Shown piece after piece: positions 1 through 10,260 of a stretch of 51,217 nt of DNA; position 1 is the first letter of the stretch; every line of letters begins with the position of its first letter. Source of the DNA: an uncultured Candidatus Saccharibacteria bacterium (GTDB taxonomy: Bacteria; Patescibacteriota; Minisyncoccia; Phycocordibacterales; CAIZLB01); the NCBI GenBank assembly GCA_964520545.1, contig CAZFOD010000001.1, positions 4,752 to 55,968 of the forward strand, read 5' to 3'. A model generated the notes under the pieces. It was given only the letters and a program-made list of their open reading frames with translations. It had not been told where the DNA came from and ran no database searches. Both the position numbers and the translations under genes were made by a program.

Positions 1-92
1 TGCTCGTAGGAAATCTAGGGCCTTTTTTAAGGCCGCACATTTCCTACGGGCACACAATAAGTGGATTTTTAAAGAGCTAACTTATAGGTCAT

Positions 93-120
93 ATTATAGC
101 ATTTCTAGCAAAAAAGTCAA
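93..120 (-). promoter_or_regulatory. sigma70-like promoter (TTGACT-N16-TATAAT) firing off the left edge
   Basis: agtcaa at 115-120 and attata at 93-98 on the + strand. Confidence 0.5.
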
Positions 121-152
121 CCCCACCTGCGCAATGCACAGATGGGGCTGGA
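109..152 (-). terminator. intrinsic terminator after the 172..732 ORF
   Basis: - strand CCCCATCTG...CAGGTGGGG stem followed by a T run. Confidence 0.6.
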
Positions 153-171
153 TGACCTTCTTTTTTCACCA

Positions 172-732
172 CTACCGGTTGAACGGTTGAGGTGGGCGTC
201 GCGGGGCAGCGTGATATAGCGGCCCCGCATTCCTTTCATAGTCGCCGAGATCTCCTTCGAGAACAAGGTTTCCCGACTGTGAAAATGACGCTCGTCCTCC
301 GCGTGGAGCCATGCGGTAATCCGCATATACTCCGCCCGCTCCGGGTGGGTGATTCATGCCCTCGAAAGGTGCACGATATTGTGGCCGAGGAGCGAATGCT
401 CCACCGCCACTTCCACCGCGATATGAGGTGCCCTTCAGGGTCACCTCTACGCTGGCACCAGGCAGTTGCTGCAAGATCCGTTGCCGGACCTCCTCGGGAG
501 TGCCGCCGCGACGCTTTTCAGCTTCCGCGACTTCGGCGAAGTCGCTTTGCGTATAGTCGCCGCCCGAGATGTGGATGTGATAGCTATCGCACCTGGTCTG
601 AGGCACCGATGCACGATTGCAGTTTTCCACCATGCGGCCTTGATAGACGCGACCACAATGGCCACGACGGTTGTTGCAGCACGCTGAAGCGAGAAGCGCC
701 GCGAAGAGCGCTAGGATGACTTGGAGTTTCAT
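172..732 (-). CDS. hypothetical exported/lipoprotein-like protein, GC-rich
   Basis: 186 aa; hydrophobic N-terminus ending LLASAC; Gly/Pro-rich; own promoter (TTGACT-N16-TATAAT at 844-817) and terminator. Confidence 0.6.
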   Translation of the reverse strand: MKLQVILALFAALLASACCNNRRGHCGRVYQGRMVENCNRASVPQTRCDSYHIHISGGDYTQSDFAEVAEAEKRRGGTPEEVRQRILQQLPGASVEVTLKGTSYRGGSGGGAFAPRPQYRAPFEGMNHPPGAGGVYADYRMAPRGGRASFSQSGNLVLEGDLGDYERNAGPLYHAAPRRPPQPFNR

Positions 733-918
733 AAGACTGATTTGTTTGGTTGTGCCAAAGATCTTCTGTCGCCCACATGGGCTACAGGAGCCCTTGGACG
801 GTGATTGTTTAAAAATATTATATCACTTCGGGCCATAAAGTCAATAGGCGGTTTCCTTGGTTATTCCTTTCACCTATTTCAAAAAAAGGCTAAGATAAAG
901 GGACAAAAGCACCTCAAC

Positions 919-2691
919 ATGACAATCCATTTTGACGAAGATAAACAGAACCAGCGATTGCGCCAACTCCATCTAGACGAGGAAGAGAAAGTGGCTCAAA
1001 TGCTGTCTGAAAAATACGGTATTCCCTATATTGATCTCACTCGAGTTCCGATAAACACAGATGCACTACGTCTAATTCCTGAACCTGAAGCAAGAGAAAA
1101 TGATCTTGCTGTGTTTGAAATTATTGGAAACAATATTTCTGTCGCAATTCATTCTCCAACAAATGAAAACACAACCGCGTCAATAAACACACTCAAAACA
1201 AAAGGATATAACCCTTCCCTGTTTATGACGTCAACAAACAGTCTCAATAAAGCATGGGATCGATACAAAGATCTTTCGTTTGCATTCGAAACAGAAGCAG
1301 GTTCACTTGATATCTCAAATGCAGAAATTGAAAAACTTATTGAGAAGGCAAAAAAACTTGAGGATGTTACAACACTCATTAAAGAAGCACTCAACCTAAA
1401 GAAGAGTCACCGCATCTCACATGTACTTGCAATCATTATGGCAGGTGCGCTTTCCATAAAGGCATCTGACGTGCACGTTGAACCAGAAGAACAGTATGCT
1501 CTCGTGAGGTACCGTCTTGACGGTGTACTTGTTGAAGTCATTCGCTTTGACGTAGAAACATATCACCTCCTTCTGTCACGTATCAAACTTCTTTCTGGAT
1601 TAAAGTTGAATATAAAAGAAAACGCACAAGACGGAAGATTCACCGTTAAGATCTATATGACAGACATAGAAATCCGTACATCCACTATTCCAGGCGCATA
1701 CGGAGAATCTATTGTTATGCGTATCCTCAATCCGAAGTCTATTTCAACTCCAATAGAAGAACTGGGTATTCCAAAAAAGCTTTTTAATCTTCTCGAGGCA
1801 GAAATTGCAAGACCGAGTGGAATGATTCTTACAACAGGACCGACGGGTTCTGGTAAAACAACAACGCTATACGCCTTTCTTCGAAGAGTGCAGAACTCAG
1901 AAATAAAAATTATCACAATCGAAGACCCTATTGAATATCACCTGCCTGGTATAGTCCAAACACAAGTCGAAGAAAAGAAAGGATATGACTTCGGATCTGG
2001 ATTACGATCTGCGATGCGACAAGACCCTGACATCATCATGGTTGGAGAAATTCGAGACAGTGAAACAGCCTCAACTGCAATTCAAGCATCACTAACAGGA
2101 CACCTTGTGTTCTCTACTCTCCACACAAACAATGCGGCTGGTACATTTACACGTCTCGTTGATCTTGGAGCTGACCCAAAGATTCTCACCTCTGCTATCC
2201 ACGTTGCAATTGCACAGCGACTTGTACGAACTCTTTGCAAAGACTGTAAGAAGAAAATCCCGATGCCTCAAGACCGTAAGGCTCTCGTTGAAGAGGTGCT
2301 AGCATCACTTGCCGGACTTGAAGAAGCTAATGAATTTAAAACTGTGCCGGATGAAATTTGGGGTGTAGTTGGATGCGAATCATGCAACAAATCAGGATAC
2401 AAAGGTCGTATTGGTGTGTTTGAAGCTATCATTGCCGACAAAAATATTGAAAACATTATCCGTGAAAACCCAAGCGAACGAGAAATCAAGGAAGCAGCTA
2501 AACCTCAGGGCCTTATCGATCTTCGACAAGATGGGGTCTTGAAAGTATTGCGTGGTGTTACTACATTTGATGAGCTTGAGCGTGTCATCGACCTTGTTGG
2601 CGACGGATCACTTACACCTGAATTGTCTGCAAGTGGGCGAGAATCGAAACCAACCGAATCTAATTCCTATGTCGACACGCCAGCTGTGTAA
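919..2691 (+). CDS. pilB: GspE/PilB-family type IV pilus assembly ATPase
   Basis: ASDVHVEP, Walker A GPTGSGKTTT, TIEDPIEY, MRQDPDIIMVGEIRD, TLHTN, tetra-Cys motif; start moved to ATG 919. Confidence 0.9.
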   Translation: MTIHFDEDKQNQRLRQLHLDEEEKVAQMLSEKYGIPYIDLTRVPINTDALRLIPEPEARENDLAVFEIIGNNISVAIHSPTNENTTASINTLKTKGYNPSLFMTSTNSLNKAWDRYKDLSFAFETEAGSLDISNAEIEKLIEKAKKLEDVTTLIKEALNLKKSHRISHVLAIIMAGALSIKASDVHVEPEEQYALVRYRLDGVLVEVIRFDVETYHLLLSRIKLLSGLKLNIKENAQDGRFTVKIYMTDIEIRTSTIPGAYGESIVMRILNPKSISTPIEELGIPKKLFNLLEAEIARPSGMILTTGPTGSGKTTTLYAFLRRVQNSEIKIITIEDPIEYHLPGIVQTQVEEKKGYDFGSGLRSAMRQDPDIIMVGEIRDSETASTAIQASLTGHLVFSTLHTNNAAGTFTRLVDLGADPKILTSAIHVAIAQRLVRTLCKDCKKKIPMPQDRKALVEEVLASLAGLEEANEFKTVPDEIWGVVGCESCNKSGYKGRIGVFEAIIADKNIENIIRENPSEREIKEAAKPQGLIDLRQDGVLKVLRGVTTFDELERVIDLVGDGSLTPELSASGRESKPTESNSYVDTPAV

Positions 2692-2698
2692 TTGTCAA

Positions 2699-2727
2699 TT
2701 GACTTCAATTCATAGCGGGCGTATTGT
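2699..2727 (+). promoter_or_regulatory. sigma70-like promoter TTGACT-N17-TATTGT
   Basis: hexamers and spacing read directly. Confidence 0.5.
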
Positions 2728-2791
2728 GAACCTTAGTTGAGAAAAAAAGAAAAGCGCGACGGTGAGTCGCGCAATTTGCAAGAACAGCTAT

Positions 2792-2941
2792 TTGAATCTC
2801 TAAGCAATGCTTTCGATCCGGAGATTGAAAGCCCGATAGTCCTTTAAGGATAACTCCAGGAACGTGCCACAAGGGTCGCACCAAAATGTCCTATAAGGAA
2901 AACCGATAAAAGCGCAAACTTCGTATTGCTTAGAGATTCAA
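2792..2941 (+). ncRNA. candidate structured RNA or long ruvB leader closed by a 19-bp stem
   Basis: 2792-2810 pairs with 2923-2941 (one G.U); internal hairpins; no ORF. Confidence 0.45.
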
Positions 2942-2980
2942 GGAGCCGTTAGTGAAATATACTAGCACGAAACTATTTTT

Positions 2981-4036
2981 ATGTCAAGCACCCCCTTCCC
3001 TCAACCTATAGACCCCTCAGAAACCGATAATGATGCGGATTCAACTTCAGTTGAGGAACGAGTTCTCGATCAAACTCTTCGTCCTCACAAATTTGAAGAA
3101 TATATTGGTCAGGAAAACATCAAAAACAACCTTCATATCCTTTTGACTGCAGCAAAAGAAAGAAACCATCCACCAGAACACCTCCTTTTTTACGGCCCAC
3201 CAGGTCTTGGTAAGACCACTCTTGCACACCTCATTGCAAAGGAAACAAAATCACAAATGAAAGTGACATCTGGTCCTGCAATTGAACGTGTCGGCGACCT
3301 CGCATCTATACTTACAAACCTTTCACCAGGAGATATTCTTTTTGTAGACGAAATACACCGCCTAAACAAGACCGTAGAAGAAGTCCTCTATCCTGCCATG
3401 GAGTCAGGACAGATTGATATCATCATAGGTAAAGGCCCTTCGGCCCGAACCATACAACTTGATCTGCCACCGTTTACACTAATTGCGGCAACTACACGTA
3501 TCGCGATGATATCCTCCCCTCTTCGCTCTCGATTCTCTGGTGGAGTGTTTCGACTCGAATTCTATACAGAAAAAGAAATCGAAGAGATTGTTAGAAGATC
3601 TGCGAAAATACTTGGTATAGAAATTGACCCTGTAGCACTTGTTGAAATAGCCAGTCGCAGTAGATCTACTCCACGAACTGCAAACTATCTACTTAAACGC
3701 TGCCGTGACTTTGCACAAATAAAGAAAACAGATATGACAAAAGAGATTGTCGATGGAGCACTCGCTCTTTTGGGCATTGATCAAAAAGGTTTAACACTTT
3801 CTGACCGAAAGATATTAGAGACCGTGGTGAATAAATATAACGGCGGGCCAGTTGGTCTCAACACAATTGCGGCATCACTTTCAGAAGATCAGGCCACAAT
3901 CGAAGAATTTAACGAACCTTACCTTATTCAAATCGGGTTCATTGAGCGCACACCTCGAGGAAGAATTGTAACAAAGGCAGGTTATGCGCACCTTGGTGTT
4001 GAATACCCTGATGAGAAACAGCCGAAACTCGTATAA
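2981..4036 (+). CDS. ruvB: Holliday junction branch migration helicase RuvB
   Basis: LRP..F.EYIGQ, GPPGLGKTTLA, TSGPAIE, FVDEIHRL, RTPRGR. Confidence 0.97.
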   Translation: MSSTPFPQPIDPSETDNDADSTSVEERVLDQTLRPHKFEEYIGQENIKNNLHILLTAAKERNHPPEHLLFYGPPGLGKTTLAHLIAKETKSQMKVTSGPAIERVGDLASILTNLSPGDILFVDEIHRLNKTVEEVLYPAMESGQIDIIIGKGPSARTIQLDLPPFTLIAATTRIAMISSPLRSRFSGGVFRLEFYTEKEIEEIVRRSAKILGIEIDPVALVEIASRSRSTPRTANYLLKRCRDFAQIKKTDMTKEIVDGALALLGIDQKGLTLSDRKILETVVNKYNGGPVGLNTIAASLSEDQATIEEFNEPYLIQIGFIERTPRGRIVTKAGYAHLGVEYPDEKQPKLV

Positions 4037-4038
4037 AC

Positions 4039-4518
4039 ATGCGTGTACTAGCAATTGATCCTGGATACGAAAGACTTGGAATTGCCGTTATTGATAAAAC
4101 GACAACAAACAAAGATGATCTTGTGTATTCAGACTGTCTCCGAACTTCTCCGAAAGAATCATTTGAACAAAGACTTTTAGTAATTGGTAATGAAATAGAA
4201 AAAGTTATTGAAGAATATTCACCAAAAGCTTTAGCGATTGAAAATCTTTTTTTAAGTAACAATCAAAAAACAGCAATGCGTGTTGCAGAAGTTCGTGGTG
4301 CAATATTGTATCTTGCTGCAAAAAACGGACTAGTGATAAGTGAAATGACACCTCTACAAATCAAACTTGCAGTAACTGGTGATGGAAAAAGTAGCAAAGA
4401 TCAAATGATGAAAATGGTTAACCTTCTTATAAAAACAACCAAGAAAGATATGCTTGATGACGAGTATGATGCCATCGCTGCAGGTATAGCGTTCTTTGCT
4501 CTTAATAAGAAATTTTAA
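4039..4518 (+). CDS. ruvC: crossover junction endonuclease RuvC
   Basis: AIDPGY, AIENLF, EVRGAI, DDEYDAIA. Confidence 0.93.
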   Translation: MRVLAIDPGYERLGIAVIDKTTTNKDDLVYSDCLRTSPKESFEQRLLVIGNEIEKVIEEYSPKALAIENLFLSNNQKTAMRVAEVRGAILYLAAKNGLVISEMTPLQIKLAVTGDGKSSKDQMMKMVNLLIKTTKKDMLDDEYDAIAAGIAFFALNKKF

Positions 4519-4629
4519 TCACCTTAATCTTTCCCTTGAGTTATCCACCACTCCAAAAGGTTGCATATTTTAGACGATATGATAAATAGTATCTACACAA
4601 CCAATTTATTGTAATTTTACACACAAACC

Positions 4630-4866
4630 ATGGCAGATGATTTGTTAGAAGAAAAAGAAGTGACGGAAGAAAAAGATATACCAGTTGCAGGCATCATTGC
4701 AGCTGCTGAAGAGGAACACGACGACGCTCACGACCCCTTCCTCGATGGAGGATTCGGAGATGAAAGCCTTGATCCAGAAGAAGCAGATGCACTAGCGATG
4801 GGATACAGAATCAAGGGAGGAGCAGAGGAAGAAGAAGATGATTTCTTCAGCGGAGACGAGGAATAG
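4630..4866 (+). CDS. small highly acidic hypothetical protein
   Basis: 78 aa D/E-rich ORF with upstream promoter-like sequence and downstream terminator. Confidence 0.7.
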   Translation: MADDLLEEKEVTEEKDIPVAGIIAAAEEEHDDAHDPFLDGGFGDESLDPEEADALAMGYRIKGGAEEEEDDFFSGDEE

Positions 4867-4874
4867 AACATAAC

Positions 4875-4903
4875 AAAAAGAGCACCTGGGTGGTGCTCTT
4901 TTT
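4875..4903. terminator. bidirectional intrinsic terminator
   Basis: AAAAAGAGCACC-tgggt-GGTGCTCTTTTT between convergent genes. Confidence 0.85.
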
Positions 4904-4906
4904 GTA

Positions 4907-6097
4907 TTATCGTATTTTCAGTTTTATAAACCGCCTCTTACCAACCTTTACAACAATTTCCTCATTAACCTCAAAGTTAAAATCAGACACCTTCTCTCCT
5001 CCAACAACTGATACACCCCCTTCTTTTACAAGACGCTTAAATTCACCAATCGATTCAATAACAGCTGCATCAAGAAGTGCTTTTGAAAGAAGGGTTCCTC
5101 CTGCAATTGAGGATTCAGGAATTTCTGTTGGAACATCTCCTTTAGAAAAAGCATTCACAAAAGATTCCTCGGCGGTATCCGCAGCGGTTTTACCGTGATA
5201 GAAAGTAACAATTCTTTTTGCGAGATCAACTTTTATATCCCGTGGATTTTTTGAGGCGTCAGCAAGTTGTTCAGAAATGTTAGCAAGTTCTTTTTCATTC
5301 ACATCTGTGCAAAGTTCAAATCCTGGAATTATCATTCCATCAGTCCAGCTCATTATTTTTCCAAACATATCTTGTGCAGAGTCAGACAAAGAAACCATAT
5401 TACCTTCTGTTTTTCCCATCTTCTTACCAGTCGCATCTGCCAAGAGCTTCATTGTAATAGCTGCCTTTTCTTTGTTCAGAAGTTTCTTTTCCAAATCTCT
5501 ACCCACGAGCATATTAAACATTTGATCGTTTCCACCGATTTCTACATCTACTTCGAGAGCCACACTGTCATACCCTTGGAGCAAGGGATACATAAATTCG
5601 TGAATGGATATTGGCTTACCTTCTGCTGTTCGTTTTGCAAACATGTCACGCTTAAGCATTTGATCAACCGTCATGAGCGATGACAGATGGAGAATTTCTT
5701 TCAAACCCATTTTCTTAAGCCAGGTTGAGTTGTATACAATCTTTGCACCACCCCAAGAGAAGTTGAGAAACTTCGATGCCTGCTTTTTGTACACCTTCAT
5801 ATTTTTTACCACCTCTGCTTCAGAAAGCACCTTTCGTGTATCCGACTTGTCTGTTGGATCTCCGATTAGTGCAGTAAAGTCACCAATGAGAAGTATCACC
5901 TCGTGACCAAGCTTCTGAAACTCAGCAAGTTTCTTGAGCACAATTGCATGACCTATGTGTAGTGTTGGGCCCGTTGGATCTATGCCCGCATAAACTCTAA
6001 GTCTCTTTTGTTTTGAGATTTGTGAATTTAAAAAATCAACCGATGGTATGACCTGCTCCACCCCGCGGGTAAACAATGAGGAGTTGTGACTATTCAT
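4907..6097 (-). CDS. tyrS: tyrosine--tRNA ligase (bacterial type)
   Basis: GIDPTGPTLHIGH, YPLLQGYD, GGNDQ, KMGKT, C-terminal S4-like domain. Confidence 0.96.
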   Translation of the reverse strand: MNSHNSSLFTRGVEQVIPSVDFLNSQISKQKRLRVYAGIDPTGPTLHIGHAIVLKKLAEFQKLGHEVILLIGDFTALIGDPTDKSDTRKVLSEAEVVKNMKVYKKQASKFLNFSWGGAKIVYNSTWLKKMGLKEILHLSSLMTVDQMLKRDMFAKRTAEGKPISIHEFMYPLLQGYDSVALEVDVEIGGNDQMFNMLVGRDLEKKLLNKEKAAITMKLLADATGKKMGKTEGNMVSLSDSAQDMFGKIMSWTDGMIIPGFELCTDVNEKELANISEQLADASKNPRDIKVDLAKRIVTFYHGKTAADTAEESFVNAFSKGDVPTEIPESSIAGGTLLSKALLDAAVIESIGEFKRLVKEGGVSVVGGEKVSDFNFEVNEEIVVKVGKRRFIKLKIR

Positions 6098-6217
6098 GAA
6101 GATAAATCTAGCATATTTTGCTCTGGTTTGGTATGCTCGGCAACGTTCGTTTTTAAACCGTTTTTAACCTATTGTTGAGGCTTTCACTGTGATACGATTA
6201 AGTTTGCATACATATAT

Positions 6218-8659
6218 ATGATAAAAAAAATAAAAAAGTTCATTTCGCGAGCAAAAGCTGCAATCAAGAACCCTACGGAAAGGAAACTGATACTCCGTGA
6301 CACATTCCTTGTTGGTATTATTGTCGTAGTCCTTGGATCAGGCTCCCTTCTTTTATGGGCTGCTAGCCTTAAAACCCCCGATCTCAACTCGTTCGACGAT
6401 CGACTTCTAGGCCAATCTGCCAAGATATACGACCGAACAGGAACAATTCTCCTCTACGATCTTAGCCAGCGGGTTCGAAGAACTGTTGTCCCTTTTGACC
6501 AAATCAGCAAAGATCTCAAAAATGCTACCGTATCTATTGAAGATGCCGATTTTTATAAACACAAAGGAATCAAGACAACATCCATTGTTCGAGCTGTATT
6601 AGCAAACCTCCTCACACTACGATTTAGCCAAGGAGGATCAACAATCACCCAGCAGGTAATTAAAAATTCCCTTCTTACCACAGATAAAGATATTTCTAGA
6701 AAACTTAAGGAGTGGATATTGGCACTTAAACTTGAAAAGGTTGCAGACAAAGACTCGATTCTCAACCTCTACCTCAACGACACGTCTTATGGAGGAAATA
6801 TTTATGGAGTAGCTGAGGCAAGTTCTGTATTCTTTGCTAAGAAACCTTCAGAATTAACATTGGCGGAGTCTGCTTACCTTGCAGCAATTCCTCAAGCTCC
6901 TACTCGGTATTCTCCATATGGAACACATGTAGACGAGCTTGTTTCAAGAAAGAACTTGGTACTGAAGAAGATGGAAGAATATTCTTACATCACAGACGAG
7001 CAGTACAACCAGGCGATAAACGAAGCGGTGGTGTTTCAGCCGAAAAGTGTTGGTGGAATCAAAGCACCACACTTTGTGATGTTTATTAAACAATACCTAG
7101 AAGACAAGTATGGTGATGAGCTTCTACAAAAAGGTGGCTTTAAAGTAATCACCACAATTGACTACAATCTCCAGCAAAAAGCTGAGGAGATTGTAAAGAA
7201 ATATGTAACTGAAAACGAAAAGAATTTTAAAGCATCAAACGGAACACTTGTTGCAACAGATCCTAAAACAGGCCAAATATTAGTGATGGTTGGATCAAGA
7301 GACTATTTCGACAAAGACATAGAGGGTAACTTCAATGTTGCCACAGCCCACAGGCAGCCAGGATCAGCGTTCAAACCGTTTGTGTATGCAACAGCATTCA
7401 ACAAAGGTTTTGTGCCTGAGAGCCCAATATATGACGTATTCACAGAGTTCAACGCTTCGTGCTCAAGTCTTGGAACCCCTAATGTAACTGGTGCTAAATG
7501 CTACCACCCGCAAAACTATGAAGGTGGTTATCAAGGCCTCATGACACTAAGGTCTGCTCTTGCTCAATCAAGAAACATCCCTGCTGTAAGACTCTTGTAT
7601 ATGGTTGGTATTGAAGAAGCAATTAGAACAGCAAGAGCGATGGGGATTGATAGTCTAACAACAGCGGCTCAGTATGGATTAACACTTGTACTTGGAGGTG
7701 GAGAAGTGTCCCCTCTTGATATGTCGAGTGCGTATGGAGTTTTTGCAAACGATGGTGTTAGAAATCCTTACACGGGCATCCTACGGATTGAAGATTCAAA
7801 CGGTGTTGAGATGGAAACATACGCAACATCAACAAAACAAGTGATTCCTGTTCAAACAGCACGACTCATGAACGATGTACTTTCTGATCCATTTGCAAGA
7901 ACAGCAATCTTTGGCTCACGATACTTTGGAGACAAGAGGGTTGCGATTAAAACCGGTACAACAAACAACTCTCGTGACGCATGGATTGTTGGCTACACGC
8001 CAAATATTTCAGTTGCATCTTGGATGGGAAACAATGACAACTCTCCTATGGTACAGAAAGCTTCTGCCATCATTGTTGCACCGATGTGGAAACAGTTTAT
8101 GAACTATGCGATTGAACAACTTCCCGACGAAGAATTTACAAAACCTGAACCAACAGATCCAGACCTCAAACCATATCTCAGAGGAGTGTGGCAAGGGCCA
8201 GGTACACAGGTTCACTCTGAGCTTTATTGGATAGATAAAAGTAATCCTGCAGGAGATCCTCCCGCAAACCCTGGTAAAGATGGTTTATTTGCTAACTTCG
8301 AATTCGGTGTGAATGGTTGGGCAGGCTCTCATCCTGTACAAGACCCGGTGGCAACCTCAACGTACACAGGACAAGTAAACACCACCACAAGCTTTAGAAT
8401 TGGCTCACCAGCAAACTTGAGTGCAATTGAAAAGAATAGTCGGGCGACAATTACCTTAACAAACATTCCTTCAAACGCGTCGCGTGTTGATTTCTATATC
8501 AACGATCGTGCGATTGGAACATCTAAAGAATTCCCTTACTCGTATTCATTCATTCCTTCTCAGGTAAGTGGAATTCAAGATGAAAACGAACTTAAAGCAG
8601 TAGTCACTGATACACAAGGAACTACACAGCAGAATATTATTCTCTTCTCAGTAATCTAA
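6218..8659 (+). CDS. class A penicillin-binding protein (transglycosylase/transpeptidase) with C-terminal Ig-like domain
   Basis: EDADFYKH, QGGSTITQQ, RKLKE, SAFK, SRN, KTGT. Confidence 0.93.
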   Translation: MIKKIKKFISRAKAAIKNPTERKLILRDTFLVGIIVVVLGSGSLLLWAASLKTPDLNSFDDRLLGQSAKIYDRTGTILLYDLSQRVRRTVVPFDQISKDLKNATVSIEDADFYKHKGIKTTSIVRAVLANLLTLRFSQGGSTITQQVIKNSLLTTDKDISRKLKEWILALKLEKVADKDSILNLYLNDTSYGGNIYGVAEASSVFFAKKPSELTLAESAYLAAIPQAPTRYSPYGTHVDELVSRKNLVLKKMEEYSYITDEQYNQAINEAVVFQPKSVGGIKAPHFVMFIKQYLEDKYGDELLQKGGFKVITTIDYNLQQKAEEIVKKYVTENEKNFKASNGTLVATDPKTGQILVMVGSRDYFDKDIEGNFNVATAHRQPGSAFKPFVYATAFNKGFVPESPIYDVFTEFNASCSSLGTPNVTGAKCYHPQNYEGGYQGLMTLRSALAQSRNIPAVRLLYMVGIEEAIRTARAMGIDSLTTAAQYGLTLVLGGGEVSPLDMSSAYGVFANDGVRNPYTGILRIEDSNGVEMETYATSTKQVIPVQTARLMNDVLSDPFARTAIFGSRYFGDKRVAIKTGTTNNSRDAWIVGYTPNISVASWMGNNDNSPMVQKASAIIVAPMWKQFMNYAIEQLPDEEFTKPEPTDPDLKPYLRGVWQGPGTQVHSELYWIDKSNPAGDPPANPGKDGLFANFEFGVNGWAGSHPVQDPVATSTYTGQVNTTTSFRIGSPANLSAIEKNSRATITLTNIPSNASRVDFYINDRAIGTSKEFPYSYSFIPSQVSGIQDENELKAVVTDTQGTTQQNIILFSVI

Positions 8660-8910
8660 GAGATATCGGCAAAGTGTCGATCAGGAAACTCTTCAGAAAT
8701 CGCCGCCATAAGCGGTGATTTCTTCATATAGATAGCGCTCTTTATTGCCGCATGTGCGGATATGATTATATTATGACCCTTTATCCCGACACAGGCTGGA
8801 TCAACAACTACTCCGCAGTGCTTTTTAATTAGCACAGCAATAAGCTGTTTATCGAGAGCGGGGTCTCTTATTATTTTAAATTTTTGGAGAAAATCAGAGA
8901 GACTTTTCAT
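8656..8910 (-). CDS. small hypothetical protein, possibly DciA/DUF721-like
   Basis: 84 aa directly downstream of dnaN; family suggested only by position and size. Confidence 0.45.
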   Translation of the reverse strand: MKSLSDFLQKFKIIRDPALDKQLIAVLIKKHCGVVVDPACVGIKGHNIIISAHAAIKSAIYMKKSPLMAAISEEFPDRHFADIS

Positions 8911-8922
8911 GTCTCAATCATA

Positions 8923-10023
8923 CTACCGATTCATTGGCATCACGAGGTACAAGAAGCTCTTATCTCCTACTCCTCTGATGATGAGGGGCTTTGCGGCACC
9001 GCTAAAGTACAAACAGAGGCTATCTGACTCTACAGACTGGAAAGAGTCACTTATATACCTGTAATTAAAGTTAATATCGAGACTGTCACCGATAATAGCG
9101 CCGCTTAGACGAGCTGCATTTTCCCCTACCTCCTTATTCTTTGTCACTATTTCCAATTCCTTTGATAGAGGGTGAACAATAAACTTAACATGATTGAAAG
9201 CGTCGCTAAATATAGTGCTTAATTTAAGGATATTTGAGATATCCTGCTTAAGAAGTGTTACTTCTGTCGTGCTTTCTTTAGGAATAATCGCTTTATAGTC
9301 AGGGAAATTACCCTCTACAGTTCTAGAAACAACATAAACACCCTCTGCAGAGATGGCGAGCTGATTTTGATCAACAGATACTGTTAGATCAGTGTCAGCA
9401 CCTTCAAACACTCGTATAATCTCCATCGCATTCTTAACAGGGATTAAGATGTGGGAAAAATCAGGGGTATTCTTTAATTTAATCTTTTTTTCTGCCAATC
9501 TGAATCCGTCTGTAGCAACAAAAACAAGGGAATCATCGCTAGGATAGACTCTAATGCTTGAAAGTTCAGGTTTAATACTAGATGTCGCAGAGCTATACCA
9601 AACGCTCTTTAAACCGCGAATAAAGGCATCTGAGGGCAAGTTAAAAACTGTACCTCCTTCAACTTTTGGTAGGGTTGGATAATCTTCAGTTGGGTACGCC
9701 TTAATGACAGTACTAGTCTTTGAGGTAAAGATATGTAGGTTTCCGTCTTTAAGTTCTAGATGAACACCTTTTTCACCTGAAAGATGTGAGAGGAAGCTGT
9801 TTATTGTAGACCCTGGCACCGCAACAACTCCTTCAACCTCTACTTTTGCAGGAATAACCATCTCAATTCCAATATCTAAGTTTGTTGAACGTACGACGAG
9901 TGAATTCTTCTGTGCCTCAAAGAGCACACACTTCAAAATAGGAAGTGTTGCATTCTTACTTGTGATCTTCTCAGCTTTGTTGACCACCTCAGATAATTTT
10001 TCCCGTAAGCATTCCAGTTTCAT
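8923..10023 (-). CDS. dnaN: DNA polymerase III beta clamp
   Basis: LPILK, STNLDIGI, VATDGFRL, GNFPDY, YLVMPM. Confidence 0.97.
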   Translation of the reverse strand: MKLECLREKLSEVVNKAEKITSKNATLPILKCVLFEAQKNSLVVRSTNLDIGIEMVIPAKVEVEGVVAVPGSTINSFLSHLSGEKGVHLELKDGNLHIFTSKTSTVIKAYPTEDYPTLPKVEGGTVFNLPSDAFIRGLKSVWYSSATSSIKPELSSIRVYPSDDSLVFVATDGFRLAEKKIKLKNTPDFSHILIPVKNAMEIIRVFEGADTDLTVSVDQNQLAISAEGVYVVSRTVEGNFPDYKAIIPKESTTEVTLLKQDISNILKLSTIFSDAFNHVKFIVHPLSKELEIVTKNKEVGENAARLSGAIIGDSLDINFNYRYISDSFQSVESDSLCLYFSGAAKPLIIRGVGDKSFLYLVMPMNR

Positions 10024-10260
10024 GTTTCTATTTATTATATATAAAGTCTATTACTATATTTATCCCTGTGGATATGTGGATAGCAATCTCATCCTTATTC
10101 TACGCCGTTTTTTTGGCTCCTTCCCTAGTCTTTGTGTGGAGTCTGTGTGCTGTGGAAGCGGGGATAACTTTTTAGGTGGGGATAACTATCTGTTTTTCCC
10201 CAACTCAATCCGCTTATTCGCAGTGTTATCCCCCAGCTTTTCCACAGGCCTTTCCCCACC
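10024..10260. other. replication origin oriC (dnaA-dnaN interval)
   Basis: AT-rich tract 10024-10062 next to overlapping boxes TGTGGATAT/TGTGGATAG (10067-10083), plus several degenerate DnaA boxes (GGGGATAAC x2, TTATCCCCA, TTTTCCACA). Confidence 0.85.
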
